Assembly (NCBI GenBank): GCA_029940375.1
Contig: JAPYUX010000001.1
Coordinates: 184,362 to 248,361 of the forward strand
DNA length: 64,000 nucleotides
Source: Dehalococcoidia bacterium
GTDB taxonomy: Bacteria; Chloroflexota; Dehalococcoidia; Lucifugimonadales; Lucifugimonadaceae
Reading direction: 5' to 3'
The position numbers and the translations under genes were made by a program. The notes below the pieces were generated by a model that saw only the letters and a list, made by a program, of their open reading frames with translations, searched no databases and was not told the origin of the DNA. This document shows, piece after piece, positions 1 to 10,087 of this stretch. The number at the start of each line of letters is the position of its first letter. Within the stretch, counting starts at the first letter, position 1.

Positions 1-1188
1 TTTGAATTTAGCGTTATTAACTATGGTTATGATAAAGATAGTATGAAAGAAAAGATTCTGTCTGCACTTTCAAAACTTGATTATAATTTAGTGAATTTAC
101 AGGCTGATGGAGCATTGAATACATTTGTAGCCAGCGGAGGAATTCAATCTGCAAAAAGATTAATTGGTTCAACTGCACAATTGGAATTTAGAATTAGGGA
201 ATGTGGAGATGCCAAACCAGAAGAGTTGGATGAAAATGTTTGGGAATTGGTTAAATGTTTTGATCCTCAATATTACAATGAAGTAGCGACTGGATTAGAA
301 TCAAAAAATTTGACTGACGCTTCTCCAGGAACAAATGCAGAAATTTCCCAACCTGTTGTTAATATAACTTTTGATGATGAAGGATCAGATACTTTTTATG
401 AAATAACAGATAGAATTTCAAGAACTGGAGATCTTTTGGCCATATATCTTGACGATGAAGAACTCATAACTCCTGGAGCCGATAAAGCTATTTCCGGTGG
501 AAGGGCATACATATATGGAAGAGATATCAACGCTACAAGAGCACGAGAAATAGCTATTCAATTAAGATCAGGTGCTTTACCGGCAACTTTAACTTTAATT
601 CAAGAAAGAAATGTTGATGCAGTTTTAGGATCAGAATCTTTAACTAAGAGTCTTTTTGCGGGATCCATAGGATTTGTATTGGTTTTGTTATTTATGATAG
701 CTTATTATAAAGTACCGGGGGTTGTATCATCTTTAACTTTGATAATATATGTGGTTTTTGTTATGGCCATATTCAAAATCATACCTGTAACGTTAACTTT
801 ATCTGGAGCAGCCGCTCTAATTTTATCAATAGGTTTCGCTGTTGATGCTAATATACTAATTGCCGAAAGAATCAAGGAAGAATTGCTTTCGGGTAGGAAT
901 CTATTGAATTCTATATCTATTGGATTTAATAGGGCTTGGCCATCAATCAGAGATGGTAATGTTTCTACAATAATTACAGCTATTGTTTTATTTTGGTTTG
1001 GTTCAAGATTTTCAACTTCAGTAATGCAGGGATTTGCTTTGACTTTGGGACTTGGAGTTTTGATAAGTATGCTTACTAGTTTTTATGTGAACAGAATCCT
1101 TATTGTTATTGTATCTAGATTCAACATTGTAAGTAATACTAATCTGTACATCCCAGTTGTTAAGAAAAATAAAAATTTTGGAGATTAA
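1..1188 (+). CDS. secD: Protein translocase subunit SecD (5' end truncated; reading frame is open from nt 1, so the ATG at 43 is probably internal)
   Basis: Periplasmic-domain plus 6-TM C-terminal SecD/F pattern (…LRSGALPATLTLIQERNVDAVLG…, …GFAVDANILIAERIKEE…); immediately followed by secF; no stop in frame 1 between nt 1 and 43. Confidence 0.9.
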   Translation, partial: FEFSVINYGYDKDSMKEKILSALSKLDYNLVNLQADGALNTFVASGGIQSAKRLIGSTAQLEFRIRECGDAKPEELDENVWELVKCFDPQYYNEVATGLESKNLTDASPGTNAEISQPVVNITFDDEGSDTFYEITDRISRTGDLLAIYLDDEELITPGADKAISGGRAYIYGRDINATRAREIAIQLRSGALPATLTLIQERNVDAVLGSESLTKSLFAGSIGFVLVLLFMIAYYKVPGVVSSLTLIIYVVFVMAIFKIIPVTLTLSGAAALILSIGFAVDANILIAERIKEELLSGRNLLNSISIGFNRAWPSIRDGNVSTIITAIVLFWFGSRFSTSVMQGFALTLGLGVLISMLTSFYVNRILIVIVSRFNIVSNTNLYIPVVKKNKNFGD

Positions 1189-1190
1189 CT

Positions 1191-2072
1191 TTGAATATCA
1201 AATTTAAAAGATTATATGTTTTATATATTTCGGGATTATTAATGATAATTGCTATAATTCTATTGATTTTCCCCGGGTTGCCATTAGGTATAGATTTTAC
1301 CTCTGGATCAACAATTTCTTACCGATGGGTTGATAAAAATCCTACTCAAGAAGATATAATGTTTGCTTTGAATCAAGCAGGGTTTGAAAATTCTATAGTT
1401 CAGTCTATGGGAGAAAAAGAATTTTTTATTCGTACGTCAGAAATAGGAAATACTGGTAAAGAAAAAATAGACAAAATCCTCTTAGAAAAAATACAAGAAA
1501 AACCTATAACCCTCGATACTAATACAGTAGGTAGTTCTATAGCTGAAAATACTATAAGAAACTCTATAATTGCTGTATTTGTGGCTTCTTTGTTTGTTAT
1601 GCTGTATATAATCTACGCCTTTAGAAATATTGAACGATCTTTCCTTTATGCGATATCAGCTATATTAACATTAATACATGATGTTTTGTTAGTTATGGGT
1701 ATTTTCATAATTTTAAGTTTGGTAATTGGATCTCAAGTAAATTCTATTTTCATTGTTGGCATTTTGACAGTGATTGGATATTCTGTAAATGACACAATTG
1801 TGATTTTTGATCGTATACGAGAGAATCAAATTCTCAACCGATCAAGAGAATTTATTGATACTGTTAATAAATCAGTAAAAGAATCTATTACAAGATCATT
1901 GGGAACTTCTATCACTACCTCTACGGTAATATTATCAATGCTTTTGTTTGGAGGACAATCTTTAAGAGATTTTTTGATAGTATTATTACTAGGTGTAATA
2001 ATAGGTACCTATAGTTCTATATTTGTTGCTTCTAACTTACTTATTTTATGGAGATATGGTCCAAAGAAATAA
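1191..2072 (+). CDS. secF: Protein translocase subunit SecF
   Basis: TTG start 2 nt after secD stop; SecF motif …GYSVNDTIVIFDRIREN…, multiple TM helices. Confidence 0.9.
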   Translation: MNIKFKRLYVLYISGLLMIIAIILLIFPGLPLGIDFTSGSTISYRWVDKNPTQEDIMFALNQAGFENSIVQSMGEKEFFIRTSEIGNTGKEKIDKILLEKIQEKPITLDTNTVGSSIAENTIRNSIIAVFVASLFVMLYIIYAFRNIERSFLYAISAILTLIHDVLLVMGIFIILSLVIGSQVNSIFIVGILTVIGYSVNDTIVIFDRIRENQILNRSREFIDTVNKSVKESITRSLGTSITTSTVILSMLLFGGQSLRDFLIVLLLGVIIGTYSSIFVASNLLILWRYGPKK

Positions 2073-2073
2073 A

Positions 2074-3867
2074 CTAAGTTTTAGTTCTTATTATTAATTT
2101 TTCTTCTTCCATTTTATCCAATATAGCTAAGCAATATTTTCTACTGATTTTTAAATTTTCTCGGAGAATATTTATGTTGATTTTTTTATGCTTTTTATTG
2201 AGTTCAAGTACTTTGGATTTGATTTTATTGAAGGAATTAAAAGAATAATAAATATTATTGGATGATTGTATTATGGCTCCAGTTTTTATTAAATAATTTA
2301 GTAATTCTTTGTTAGGATGTTTATCTGTAGGGGGATTAAATGGATTTTCTTCCAGTGATTTTATGTAAGAATCAATTTCTCTTTTATCTTTTGATAGGAT
2401 ATCGATTCTAAAATTTAGATTACTTATTACTCCTTCCTTTAAAATTATCTTTTTTTGATATATTAATTGCCTAATAGATATTCTGTTTTCAATACTTTCG
2501 TTAATAATAGAAGCTGAGATTCCATGTCTTAAAGGATATTGTTTATGATATTCATTTATTTTTAAAAACATTGTTTTAGCTAAACCCATTATAAATTGCT
2601 TTTTGGCTAAATATTGATTCTTATTTTTCAATTGAAATGTAGTTATCTCTGTTTTTTCAATATTATTAAATATTTTGTTTTTAGATAATCCAGACAAAGT
2701 TTGAAGTCTTTCAATGCTAACGATCTTTTTTTCCTGAATAATAGTTTCTAATTTTTTTTCAACATGTGCATTGATATTTCTTAAATAATAGATTAATTTT
2801 TCATTATTGAAATTACTTAGGTTTTCTACACATATTATTTTGCCTCCACCAACTGTTCCCATATTGTTTCTAATGATAAAATTGTCATTATTAAAAATTG
2901 CTAAATCCTTTTTTAACATTATTTTGTAGATTTTTTTCTCACTATTTATTTCATATATAATTCTAATTTTTCCTGGAGATCTATTAGTTCCAGTATGAAA
3001 AATTATTTCTGATTTATTTTTTAATTTCTTATTTGGATTAATTGTTGAAATTTCACCATAAAAAGTTTTTGCTTTTACAAAATAATTTTCTGAACATATT
3101 ATATCGCCCTTTTTGATTTCATTTTTTTCAATATTATGTAAATTTAATGCGCATCTAGATCCTGGTTTAACTTTCTCTATATTTTCGTAAAAAGATTCTA
3201 TTTTTTTTATTTTTATTTTTTTGTTTGCTGGCATCAATCTTAATGGAGTATTTATTTCAAGATCATTTCCAAGTAAAGTACCAGTTACTATTGTTCCTTT
3301 TCCAGGTAATGAAAACACTCTATCTATTGGTACCCTTACAGGTAAACCTTCAAAAGTTTTTTTCTCTTTGAACATTTTTTTTATTTCAGATTCTAAGATT
3401 GTTATTCCTTCTTTAGTCACACAGGATAAGTTTATTATTTTAGATTTCTTATATTTTCCATTTAAAAAAGATGTTTTTATTTCGTTTTCTGTTTTTTCTA
3501 TTTGTTCTTTGTTGGATAAATCTATTTTATTTATAACAATAATCAAGTTTGCAATGTCAAGAGATTTTATAATTTCAAAATGTTCTATGGTTTGTCTTTG
3601 GATTCCTTCAATGGCTGAGATTACCAGAATAACCAGATCTACTCCGTAAGCACCTCTAATCATATTGTGTACAAAATTTTCATGCCCTGGAGCGTCTATT
3701 ATGGAGCAATAATTTTTTTTATCAATTTTGTATTTTGCATAACCTAACTCAATAGAAATTCCTCTCGCATTTTCTTCAGGTAAGCGATCTGTATTGATGC
3801 CAGTTAATTCTTTAGCTATTGCAGTTTTTCCATGGTTTATATGACCAGCAATACAAATTGAAAACAA
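2074..3867 (-). CDS. selB: Selenocysteine-specific translation elongation factor SelB
   Basis: GTPase motifs AGHINHGKT, DAPGHENF, NKIDL; EF-Tu-like domains followed by a ~250 aa C-terminal extension typical of bacterial SelB (597 aa). Confidence 0.85.
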   Translation of the reverse strand: MFSICIAGHINHGKTAIAKELTGINTDRLPEENARGISIELGYAKYKIDKKNYCSIIDAPGHENFVHNMIRGAYGVDLVILVISAIEGIQRQTIEHFEIIKSLDIANLIIVINKIDLSNKEQIEKTENEIKTSFLNGKYKKSKIINLSCVTKEGITILESEIKKMFKEKKTFEGLPVRVPIDRVFSLPGKGTIVTGTLLGNDLEINTPLRLMPANKKIKIKKIESFYENIEKVKPGSRCALNLHNIEKNEIKKGDIICSENYFVKAKTFYGEISTINPNKKLKNKSEIIFHTGTNRSPGKIRIIYEINSEKKIYKIMLKKDLAIFNNDNFIIRNNMGTVGGGKIICVENLSNFNNEKLIYYLRNINAHVEKKLETIIQEKKIVSIERLQTLSGLSKNKIFNNIEKTEITTFQLKNKNQYLAKKQFIMGLAKTMFLKINEYHKQYPLRHGISASIINESIENRISIRQLIYQKKIILKEGVISNLNFRIDILSKDKREIDSYIKSLEENPFNPPTDKHPNKELLNYLIKTGAIIQSSNNIYYSFNSFNKIKSKVLELNKKHKKININILRENLKISRKYCLAILDKMEEEKLIIRTKT

Positions 3868-3868
3868 T

Positions 3869-5068
3869 TTATTCTACAAAACTTTCCGCGACTTCATTGG
3901 CAAAAAGTTTTCCTTTCTCTGACAAGTAATATCTGTCACTGTTTTTTATCAAGATTTCATTTTCTATGTATTTTTTTATTTTATTATAGTATGAATTATC
4001 AAAATCTATGCCAAAATACTCAGAAAATTCTTTTTTTGATATTCCGTCTGACAATCTTAGTCTCAGCATTAGATATTCAATGATATGATTTTTTTTTATT
4101 TGGTTTTCATATAGATCTAACATTCCGTTATTATTCAAATATTGTATTTTTTCATTTATGGATTTTTTATTTTGTTTTTGTCCAAAAAAGTCTATGTATT
4201 TTTTTGGTGATTTTATAATGCTGAACCTTTTTTTATTTATGTAAGAATGAGCCCCTGGACCAATTCCTATGTACGGGTCTAATTTCCAATATTTCATATT
4301 GTGGAGCGATCTTTTTCCTTTTAAAGACCAATTGGAAATTTCGTATTGCTCATATCCGTTTTCTTTTAATAATTTCATTGTTTTCTCGTACATTGTTGCT
4401 GACAACTCATCACCAGCTACCTCTAAATTTTTATTTATCACCTGTTTTTCAAGTAATGTACCTCTTTCGACCTGTAGAGAGTATGAAGAGAAGTGATCTG
4501 GTTGCTCATCTATTAGTTTTCTAAGAGTATTTGTATATGAATTTATACTTTGATTTGGCAAACCATATATTATATCTACTGAGCAATTATCAAAAATAGA
4601 TTGCAAAGTTTTCAAAGAATTTATGGCGGTGTTTGCATTGTGTCTTCTGTTGATAATCTTTAATTCTTTGTCATCAAGTGATTGAATTCCTATTGAACTT
4701 CTATTTATTCCTGATTTTTCCCATAATAAAGCCTTCTGATGAGTTACATCTTCAGGATTTATTTCAATAGTTATTTCACTTCTTTTATTTAAATTAAAAT
4801 TCCCCCTAATATGTTCGATAATGTTATGAATAATTTTTTGATCAATGTATGAAGGTGTCCCTCCTCCTATAAAGATTGAATTGACAATGTAATTACTGTT
4901 GGTAATAGACCAAAATTCTATTTCTTGATAAAGAGCTTCGCTAAAATCATTAATTAAATTTTCAACCCCGGTATATGTATTAAAATCACAGTAGGTACAT
5001 TTTGTATGACAAAAAGGAATATGAACATATATTCCTAAGTTCGAAATACTATCTAATTTGGCGTCCAT
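3869..5068 (-). CDS. hemW: Radical-SAM HemN-like protein (heme chaperone HemW / oxygen-independent coproporphyrinogen oxidase-like)
   Basis: CxxxCxxC radical-SAM motif in YVHIPFCHTKCTYCDF; GGGTPS motif; HemN_C-like tail; 1 nt upstream of selB. Confidence 0.85.
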   Translation of the reverse strand: MDAKLDSISNLGIYVHIPFCHTKCTYCDFNTYTGVENLINDFSEALYQEIEFWSITNSNYIVNSIFIGGGTPSYIDQKIIHNIIEHIRGNFNLNKRSEITIEINPEDVTHQKALLWEKSGINRSSIGIQSLDDKELKIINRRHNANTAINSLKTLQSIFDNCSVDIIYGLPNQSINSYTNTLRKLIDEQPDHFSSYSLQVERGTLLEKQVINKNLEVAGDELSATMYEKTMKLLKENGYEQYEISNWSLKGKRSLHNMKYWKLDPYIGIGPGAHSYINKKRFSIIKSPKKYIDFFGQKQNKKSINEKIQYLNNNGMLDLYENQIKKNHIIEYLMLRLRLSDGISKKEFSEYFGIDFDNSYYNKIKKYIENEILIKNSDRYYLSEKGKLFANEVAESFVE

Positions 5069-5775
5069 AGACCACTATCAGTTTTATCAGATTCGTCTTT
5101 TTTTTCTGTTTCTTGTTGAGTATTATATTGATTTCTAATTTTTTCTTCCATTTCTTGTTGAGCTTTTTTAATCCATTGCGCAACCATATCTAGTTCCGGA
5201 GGTGAGATGATAAATTTTTCTATATTTTCTGGAATCTTTATGTCTTGATTACCAGTAAAAATTAATGCCGATTCTCCTTCATCTATATTATTATTTAATG
5301 AATTTTTTATATAATCGAACCTTTTTTCAGATTCTTTTTTTAGTTCATTTGTAATCGTATCAGCCACTTCTTGACTCATCAAACCAACATTTAAACATTT
5401 AGACCAATCTACGACTTTTAGTAATATTTCTTTATCTTCAAGTTGTTCAAAAATCGCTCCTGATTTTGTTCGGATTTCTGCTATTTGCCAGGCTCCTAAA
5501 CTTCCTTCTTTTACTCCTATAGAAAGATCTTCTCCTTTACCTGGAATTCCTTCTACAAATATCTTGTTTATTACTCCAGCCTTTTTCTCAAGATTTGAGA
5601 GATTAGTTTCAACTGCGTCCCAGTATTTTTGTATGATATCATGAAGTTCTTTCGGAGCTTCCAATGGAGCCTGAATCAGTATGCATACATAAACTTTTTT
5701 TTTACCTAGTATATTCTCTACAGAAGGTTTTTGTATTTTTCCTAATTTATCATTCAAATTTATTTCCTTATTCAT
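5053..5775 (-). CDS. Hypothetical protein (240 aa, acidic/Lys-rich tail), no family recognised
   Basis: Long ORF in AT-rich DNA; overlaps ychF stop by 4 nt and hemW start by 16 nt, i.e. embedded in the ychF-hemW-selB transcription unit. Confidence 0.6.
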   Translation of the reverse strand: MNKEINLNDKLGKIQKPSVENILGKKKVYVCILIQAPLEAPKELHDIIQKYWDAVETNLSNLEKKAGVINKIFVEGIPGKGEDLSIGVKEGSLGAWQIAEIRTKSGAIFEQLEDKEILLKVVDWSKCLNVGLMSQEVADTITNELKKESEKRFDYIKNSLNNNIDEGESALIFTGNQDIKIPENIEKFIISPPELDMVAQWIKKAQQEMEEKIRNQYNTQQETEKKDESDKTDSGLWTPN

Positions 5776-6842
5776 ACTGAAAACAAAAAATTTATAATAT
5801 CTCCATCTTGAACTATATAATCTTTGCTTTCTTGTTTTAATTTTCCTAGTTTTTTTGATTCAACTAGTGAACCAATACCTATAAAATCATTGTAATTGAT
5901 AATTTCTGCTCGTATAAATCCTTTTTTGATATCTGAGTGGATTTTTGCTGCAGAATTTACAGCATTTGTTCCGTTTTGTATTGACCAAGATCTAACTTCA
6001 TCCTGTCCGACTGTCATAAAAGAAATCAATTGAGAACTCTTATATGCAAGATCTGTAATTTTATTTATAGCTGATTCTCCTAATTCGTAATCTTTCCTGT
6101 ATTCTTCTTGTTCTTTTTCATCTAGTTGGCTTAGCTCTTCTTCAAGCATCGAATTTATTATTGTTACATTTTCAAGAGTAATTTTTTCAATGCTATTCAA
6201 TGTTTCATTTAATAAATCTGAATTATCATCAGATGAGTTAATAACTATACTTATAGGTAAGTTCGATATAAAGAAAGTATCTTTTATCGCTTCTTTTTGT
6301 ATAGTACTTAATTTTATATCTTTTATTAAAACTCCTTTCTCTAATTCTTGTTGAATTGATTTCAATGAATTAATCATATCGTCTATTCTTTTTTGTGCTA
6401 CTGACTTCAATCCTTTTTTGTCATTTGTCAATCTTTCAATTCTTTTTTCAATTAATTCAATATCTGCAAATGCTAATTCAAACATAATGGTTTTCAAATC
6501 TCTAATATAATCTACGGTGTTCAATTCGTGAGGAACTGTATCATTGTTAAATGCTCTGATAACTATCATTAGTTGATCAATCTTTTGCATCTCTTGAAGC
6601 AAATACTTAGGGATAAAATAATCTTTTAATGTTGACATAGATTCTTTGAAATCTATAAATTCTAATTCTGAATAAGTCGTTTTTTTTGGTTGGAAAACAT
6701 TTTTCAACTTTTTGATTCTTATATCAGGCACTTTAGCAATCCCTATGGAATTTGCCCTATTATTATCGGTTTTGTTCTTTGTCATGTTATTGAACAAACT
6801 AGATTTTCCGGAAAAACTTAAACCCACAATTCCTATTCTCAT
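5772..6842 (-). CDS. ychF: Ribosome-binding ATPase YchF (Obg-like GTPase family)
   Basis: N-terminal P-loop GLSFSGKSSLFN (divergent from GLPNVGKST), C-terminal TGS-like …IHSDIKKGFIRAEII…DGDIINFLF. Confidence 0.85.
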   Translation of the reverse strand: MRIGIVGLSFSGKSSLFNNMTKNKTDNNRANSIGIAKVPDIRIKKLKNVFQPKKTTYSELEFIDFKESMSTLKDYFIPKYLLQEMQKIDQLMIVIRAFNNDTVPHELNTVDYIRDLKTIMFELAFADIELIEKRIERLTNDKKGLKSVAQKRIDDMINSLKSIQQELEKGVLIKDIKLSTIQKEAIKDTFFISNLPISIVINSSDDNSDLLNETLNSIEKITLENVTIINSMLEEELSQLDEKEQEEYRKDYELGESAINKITDLAYKSSQLISFMTVGQDEVRSWSIQNGTNAVNSAAKIHSDIKKGFIRAEIINYNDFIGIGSLVESKKLGKLKQESKDYIVQDGDIINFLFSV

Positions 6843-6854
6843 AAATATACTTTC

Positions 6855-7163
6855 TTAGTCTAAATTTTTAAATTTACCGTCAATAATTTTTTCATTTTCA
6901 TCTTTGTCTTTTTTAGACTTATACTCACTTTTAGTTAATAGATACTTGTAGATTAGAGATGAAAGTGAGAAAACAATCAGATCATCTATTTGTCCTAGTA
7001 TAGGTATTAGATCCCTTATTATATCAAAGGGCCAAATTACATAAAATATACCTACCAAAAAAATAATTTTTTTAGAAAATGGTATTGAGAAATTAAATAG
7101 ACTTGTAATCAAATTGATTATGAAAATTATCAATCTTGGTATTATTAATACAAAATTATTCAT
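6855..7163 (-). CDS. Small membrane protein, DUF1232 (YkvA)-like
   Basis: Two TM segments and motif WPFDIIRDLIPILGQIDDLIV resembling the DUF1232 DxIPDxIPxxGxxDD core. Confidence 0.6.
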   Translation of the reverse strand: MNNFVLIIPRLIIFIINLITSLFNFSIPFSKKIIFLVGIFYVIWPFDIIRDLIPILGQIDDLIVFSLSSLIYKYLLTKSEYKSKKDKDENEKIIDGKFKNLD

Positions 7164-7238
7164 TTTATTTGTCTAACATATTTATATATCTATTTTAAAT
7201 TAAAAAGTAATAATTATTTATAAGTAACTGGGTAAGAT

Positions 7239-8192
7239 TTGATTAACTTATTACATGGTAATGATGAATTTTCTTCAAATGAATTTCTAAAAGGGATTGT
7301 TGAACAAAAAAATATATCTGAATTTGATTTAAACGTCGTTGATACAAATGATCTGACAGAAAATAAATTTAAAGAAAATATTTGTACAATTTCTTTATTT
7401 GGAACTAATAGGTTAATAATTTTTAATTATTTACTTTCAAAAATCAATTCAACTAAAGAAAAAAACTGGGAAAATTTTATAGATATCTTACTAAATAAAC
7501 CCTCTACAAACGAAGTGGTTTTTTTTGAAAAAGTTGAGATAAATTTAAAAAAGAATTATTTTGCTAAATTAAATGATATATGTCAAATCACCTTGTCAAA
7601 TATGCCTACTGGTAGAGGCTCTTGGGATTTAAATAGAAAATGGATCATAGAAAGACAAAAGAAATATAATTTAAAAATCTCTAACGAAGGAATAAATAAA
7701 TTGGTAGAATTGCTTGGAAGTAATTATAGGTATATTGATAACGAATTGCAGAAACTAAGTAATTTTAACCCAGATGGTAATATAAGCATTAGTGACATAG
7801 AAATAATGGTGTCAGGAATTAAAGAAGATTCCATTTTTGAGTTAATCGATTTTATTATGGTTAAAGATAATTTGAAAGCATCTAAAATATTGGATAATTT
7901 GATTGAACAAGGCAATAGTTTCTTCAACATTATAAATATGATCGCAAGACAGGTTAGACTTATTTTAATAACCAAAGATTTACTTAAAATGAAAGTTAAT
8001 AATCTCGATATAAAACGTCAGATTCAAATTTCTTCTGACTATGCATTCAACAAAATTATTACTCAATCCAAAGAAACAGAAGAAGTTAGATTGAAAAATA
8101 GTTTGAGATTATTGTTAGACATAGATGTTGATATAAAAAGCGGGAATAAATCTGAAAAAGAATATATTAAAAAATTGATTTTTTTACTATGA
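7239..8192 (+). CDS. holA: DNA polymerase III delta subunit (HolA)-like
   Basis: Size (317 aa) and N-terminal LHGNDEFSSNEFL pattern like the YLLyGeEefL start of HolA; TTG start. Confidence 0.6.
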   Translation: MINLLHGNDEFSSNEFLKGIVEQKNISEFDLNVVDTNDLTENKFKENICTISLFGTNRLIIFNYLLSKINSTKEKNWENFIDILLNKPSTNEVVFFEKVEINLKKNYFAKLNDICQITLSNMPTGRGSWDLNRKWIIERQKKYNLKISNEGINKLVELLGSNYRYIDNELQKLSNFNPDGNISISDIEIMVSGIKEDSIFELIDFIMVKDNLKASKILDNLIEQGNSFFNIINMIARQVRLILITKDLLKMKVNNLDIKRQIQISSDYAFNKIITQSKETEEVRLKNSLRLLLDIDVDIKSGNKSEKEYIKKLIFLL

Positions 8193-8971
8193 AGTTTCTT
8201 GTATTATTATTAATATTTTCTTTTGTTTCTTGCGAAAAAAACGAGGAACAACATTTTTTATTTGATGATAACAAATCAAATGTCTACTCTGCAGAAGCAT
8301 CACTTTCTTTGTACTTAAACTCACAAAATTTAATGAAACAACAAAAATACAAAGAGGCAGAAAAATCTTACGAGAAACTACTTAATATTGAACCAAATTT
8401 CTCAAAAGCATGGGAAGGACTTGCAGAATCTAAAATTATGCAAGGAGATTTTGAAATCTCCATAGAATATTTGAACAATGCTATTATACTTAATTCTAAT
8501 ATTTCTACTCATTATTCAATAAGGGCACTCGTAAATTATTATTTAAACTTGTTTGATAAAGCTATAAAAGATGCAACATTAGCTAATTCGATAGATCCAA
8601 AAGATACATTAGCCCTAATTGTTTTGGGAGCTATAAAATCTTTCGAAGGAGATATGGTAACTTCAAATAATTATTATGAAGAAGCAATTCAAATATCACC
8701 AGATGATTCATCTATATTTTTTTGGAGAGCGAAAAGTTTAAGGTTCAATGAAATGTATGAAAATGCATTGAAAGATTTTAATAAAGCAATAATTATGGAT
8801 AGATCTAGAGCTTCTTATTTTTATGAACGAGCCGTTTTATATATTCAAACAAATGAACTTGATAAAGCAAAATCTGACTTAGAGGAATCAATTGAAATCT
8901 CTAAAAATCCGAGAAATTCATTGATGTTAGAAAAATCAAAATTATTATTAAATTCTTTAAATAATGAATAA
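8189..8971 (+). CDS. TPR-repeat lipoprotein
   Basis: Signal peptide with lipobox FVSC; repeated 34-aa A/Y/L patterns (…AWEGLAESKIMQGDFEISIEYLNNAI…). Confidence 0.7.
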   Translation: MKFLVLLLIFSFVSCEKNEEQHFLFDDNKSNVYSAEASLSLYLNSQNLMKQQKYKEAEKSYEKLLNIEPNFSKAWEGLAESKIMQGDFEISIEYLNNAIILNSNISTHYSIRALVNYYLNLFDKAIKDATLANSIDPKDTLALIVLGAIKSFEGDMVTSNNYYEEAIQISPDDSSIFFWRAKSLRFNEMYENALKDFNKAIIMDRSRASYFYERAVLYIQTNELDKAKSDLEESIEISKNPRNSLMLEKSKLLLNSLNNE

Positions 8972-9269
8972 AATCCTTATATATATTTTATTGTTAATTT
9001 TTCTATTTCTAAATGTTTGTTCTAAAACATTAGCATTTGAAGGAAAAATTTATAGTATTGAATCAAATAATTTTTACAATATAGATTACATTGAGCTGAT
9101 AAATGAAAAACAGATCATACAAAAATTTAAGATCATTAAGCAACTTGATGCACATTTAGCACCTTCACATATGAAAGAACATATGCTTAATGCAGATAAT
9201 GTTATAGTTGAATACAAAAATATTAATGGTGAAAAAATTGTGGATACATTAGAAATATCGGGGCATTAA
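8964..9269 (+). CDS. Small predicted lipoprotein, unknown function
   Basis: Signal peptide and LNVC lipobox; 8-nt overlap with upstream TPR gene. Confidence 0.5.
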   Translation: MNKILIYILLLIFLFLNVCSKTLAFEGKIYSIESNNFYNIDYIELINEKQIIQKFKIIKQLDAHLAPSHMKEHMLNADNVIVEYKNINGEKIVDTLEISGH

Positions 9270-10087
9270 TTTTTCAATACGTCTTTTTTGATTTCCTCAT
9301 AGTTTGTAAATCCCTGATATCTTTCTACTAGAAATCCGTTTGAATTTATTAAGAAAGTCCAAGGCTCATCTTCTAATCCGAAACTCTCAACTGCTTTATT
9401 TACTATACCCACAGATAAATTGCCTTCCTTTTTGATTTCTTCAAAATTACTCCAGATTTCAACATGAATAAAGATTAAACTCTCTGAAAATTCTTCATAT
9501 AATTTTTTCATCTCTACAATTTGCGGGGCGCAAGTTCCTGTTTGGCACAAACCAGGGGTATTGAAAAAAATAACTATTGGTTTATCTAAATTTAAAGCAT
9601 CATCTAAACTATATTTGTAAAATATTTTATACGGTGTAGGATCTGTGGTTATAGAATTTATATCTGCTAAATTTGTATTTGGTGTTTTTATGCTAGAAAT
9701 TTTATCTCCAATGAATGGAACTTTACTGTTAGTTTTAACTAAAAGTGTAGCTTTATTGGTTAAATTATTGTGTTTGTCTTTAGCATAGATTTCCCAGTAT
9801 CCTTCTGAAGAAAAATTAATTTTAGTAATTAAAACATATTTATTATTTGGCCATTTAACCACATTGAAATTTTCTATAATTTTTCTATTTTCTTTGTCTA
9901 ATTTTTTATATGACAATTCGATATTATCTTTTAAACTTGTCCCATCACTATCTATTATTGACAGAGCGATTCTATTTTGACCTACATTGATATTATTTGT
10001 TATAAGAAATAAAGAGATAAATTTATCATTATTTCCACAAGAAATAGTGATAAATAATAAAATTATCAACAATATTACTTTTCTCAT
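9266..10087 (-). CDS. Lipoprotein with C-terminal thioredoxin-like fold (atypical C-x4-C)
   Basis: Lipobox ITISC; C-terminal …VIFFNTPGLCQTGTCAPQ…EPWTFLINSNGFLVERY… resembling TlpA/Sco-type thiol-disulfide proteins; last gene of a 5-gene minus-strand operon. Confidence 0.55.
   Translation of the reverse strand: MRKVILLIILLFITISCGNNDKFISLFLITNNINVGQNRIALSIIDSDGTSLKDNIELSYKKLDKENRKIIENFNVVKWPNNKYVLITKINFSSEGYWEIYAKDKHNNLTNKATLLVKTNSKVPFIGDKISSIKTPNTNLADINSITTDPTPYKIFYKYSLDDALNLDKPIVIFFNTPGLCQTGTCAPQIVEMKKLYEEFSESLIFIHVEIWSNFEEIKKEGNLSVGIVNKAVESFGLEDEPWTFLINSNGFLVERYQGFTNYEEIKKDVLKN

Noticed and set aside
2071-2088. AACTAA-GTT-TTAGTT hairpin at the secF/selB junction as a bidirectional terminator
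   Set aside because: It is a 6-bp all-weak stem overlapping both stop codons with no flanking U-tract. That is too weak to call.
3221-3649. 142-aa ORF antisense to selB. Similar antisense ORFs lie at 14660-15046, 19115-20036, 36812-37352, 46596-46865 and 61177-61611.
   Set aside because: They lie wholly inside, or in one case across, well-supported genes on the other strand. They have low-complexity Ser/Ile/Phe-rich products and no motifs. They coincide with locally G+C-richer coding segments where stops are depleted, so I treat them as shadow ORFs.
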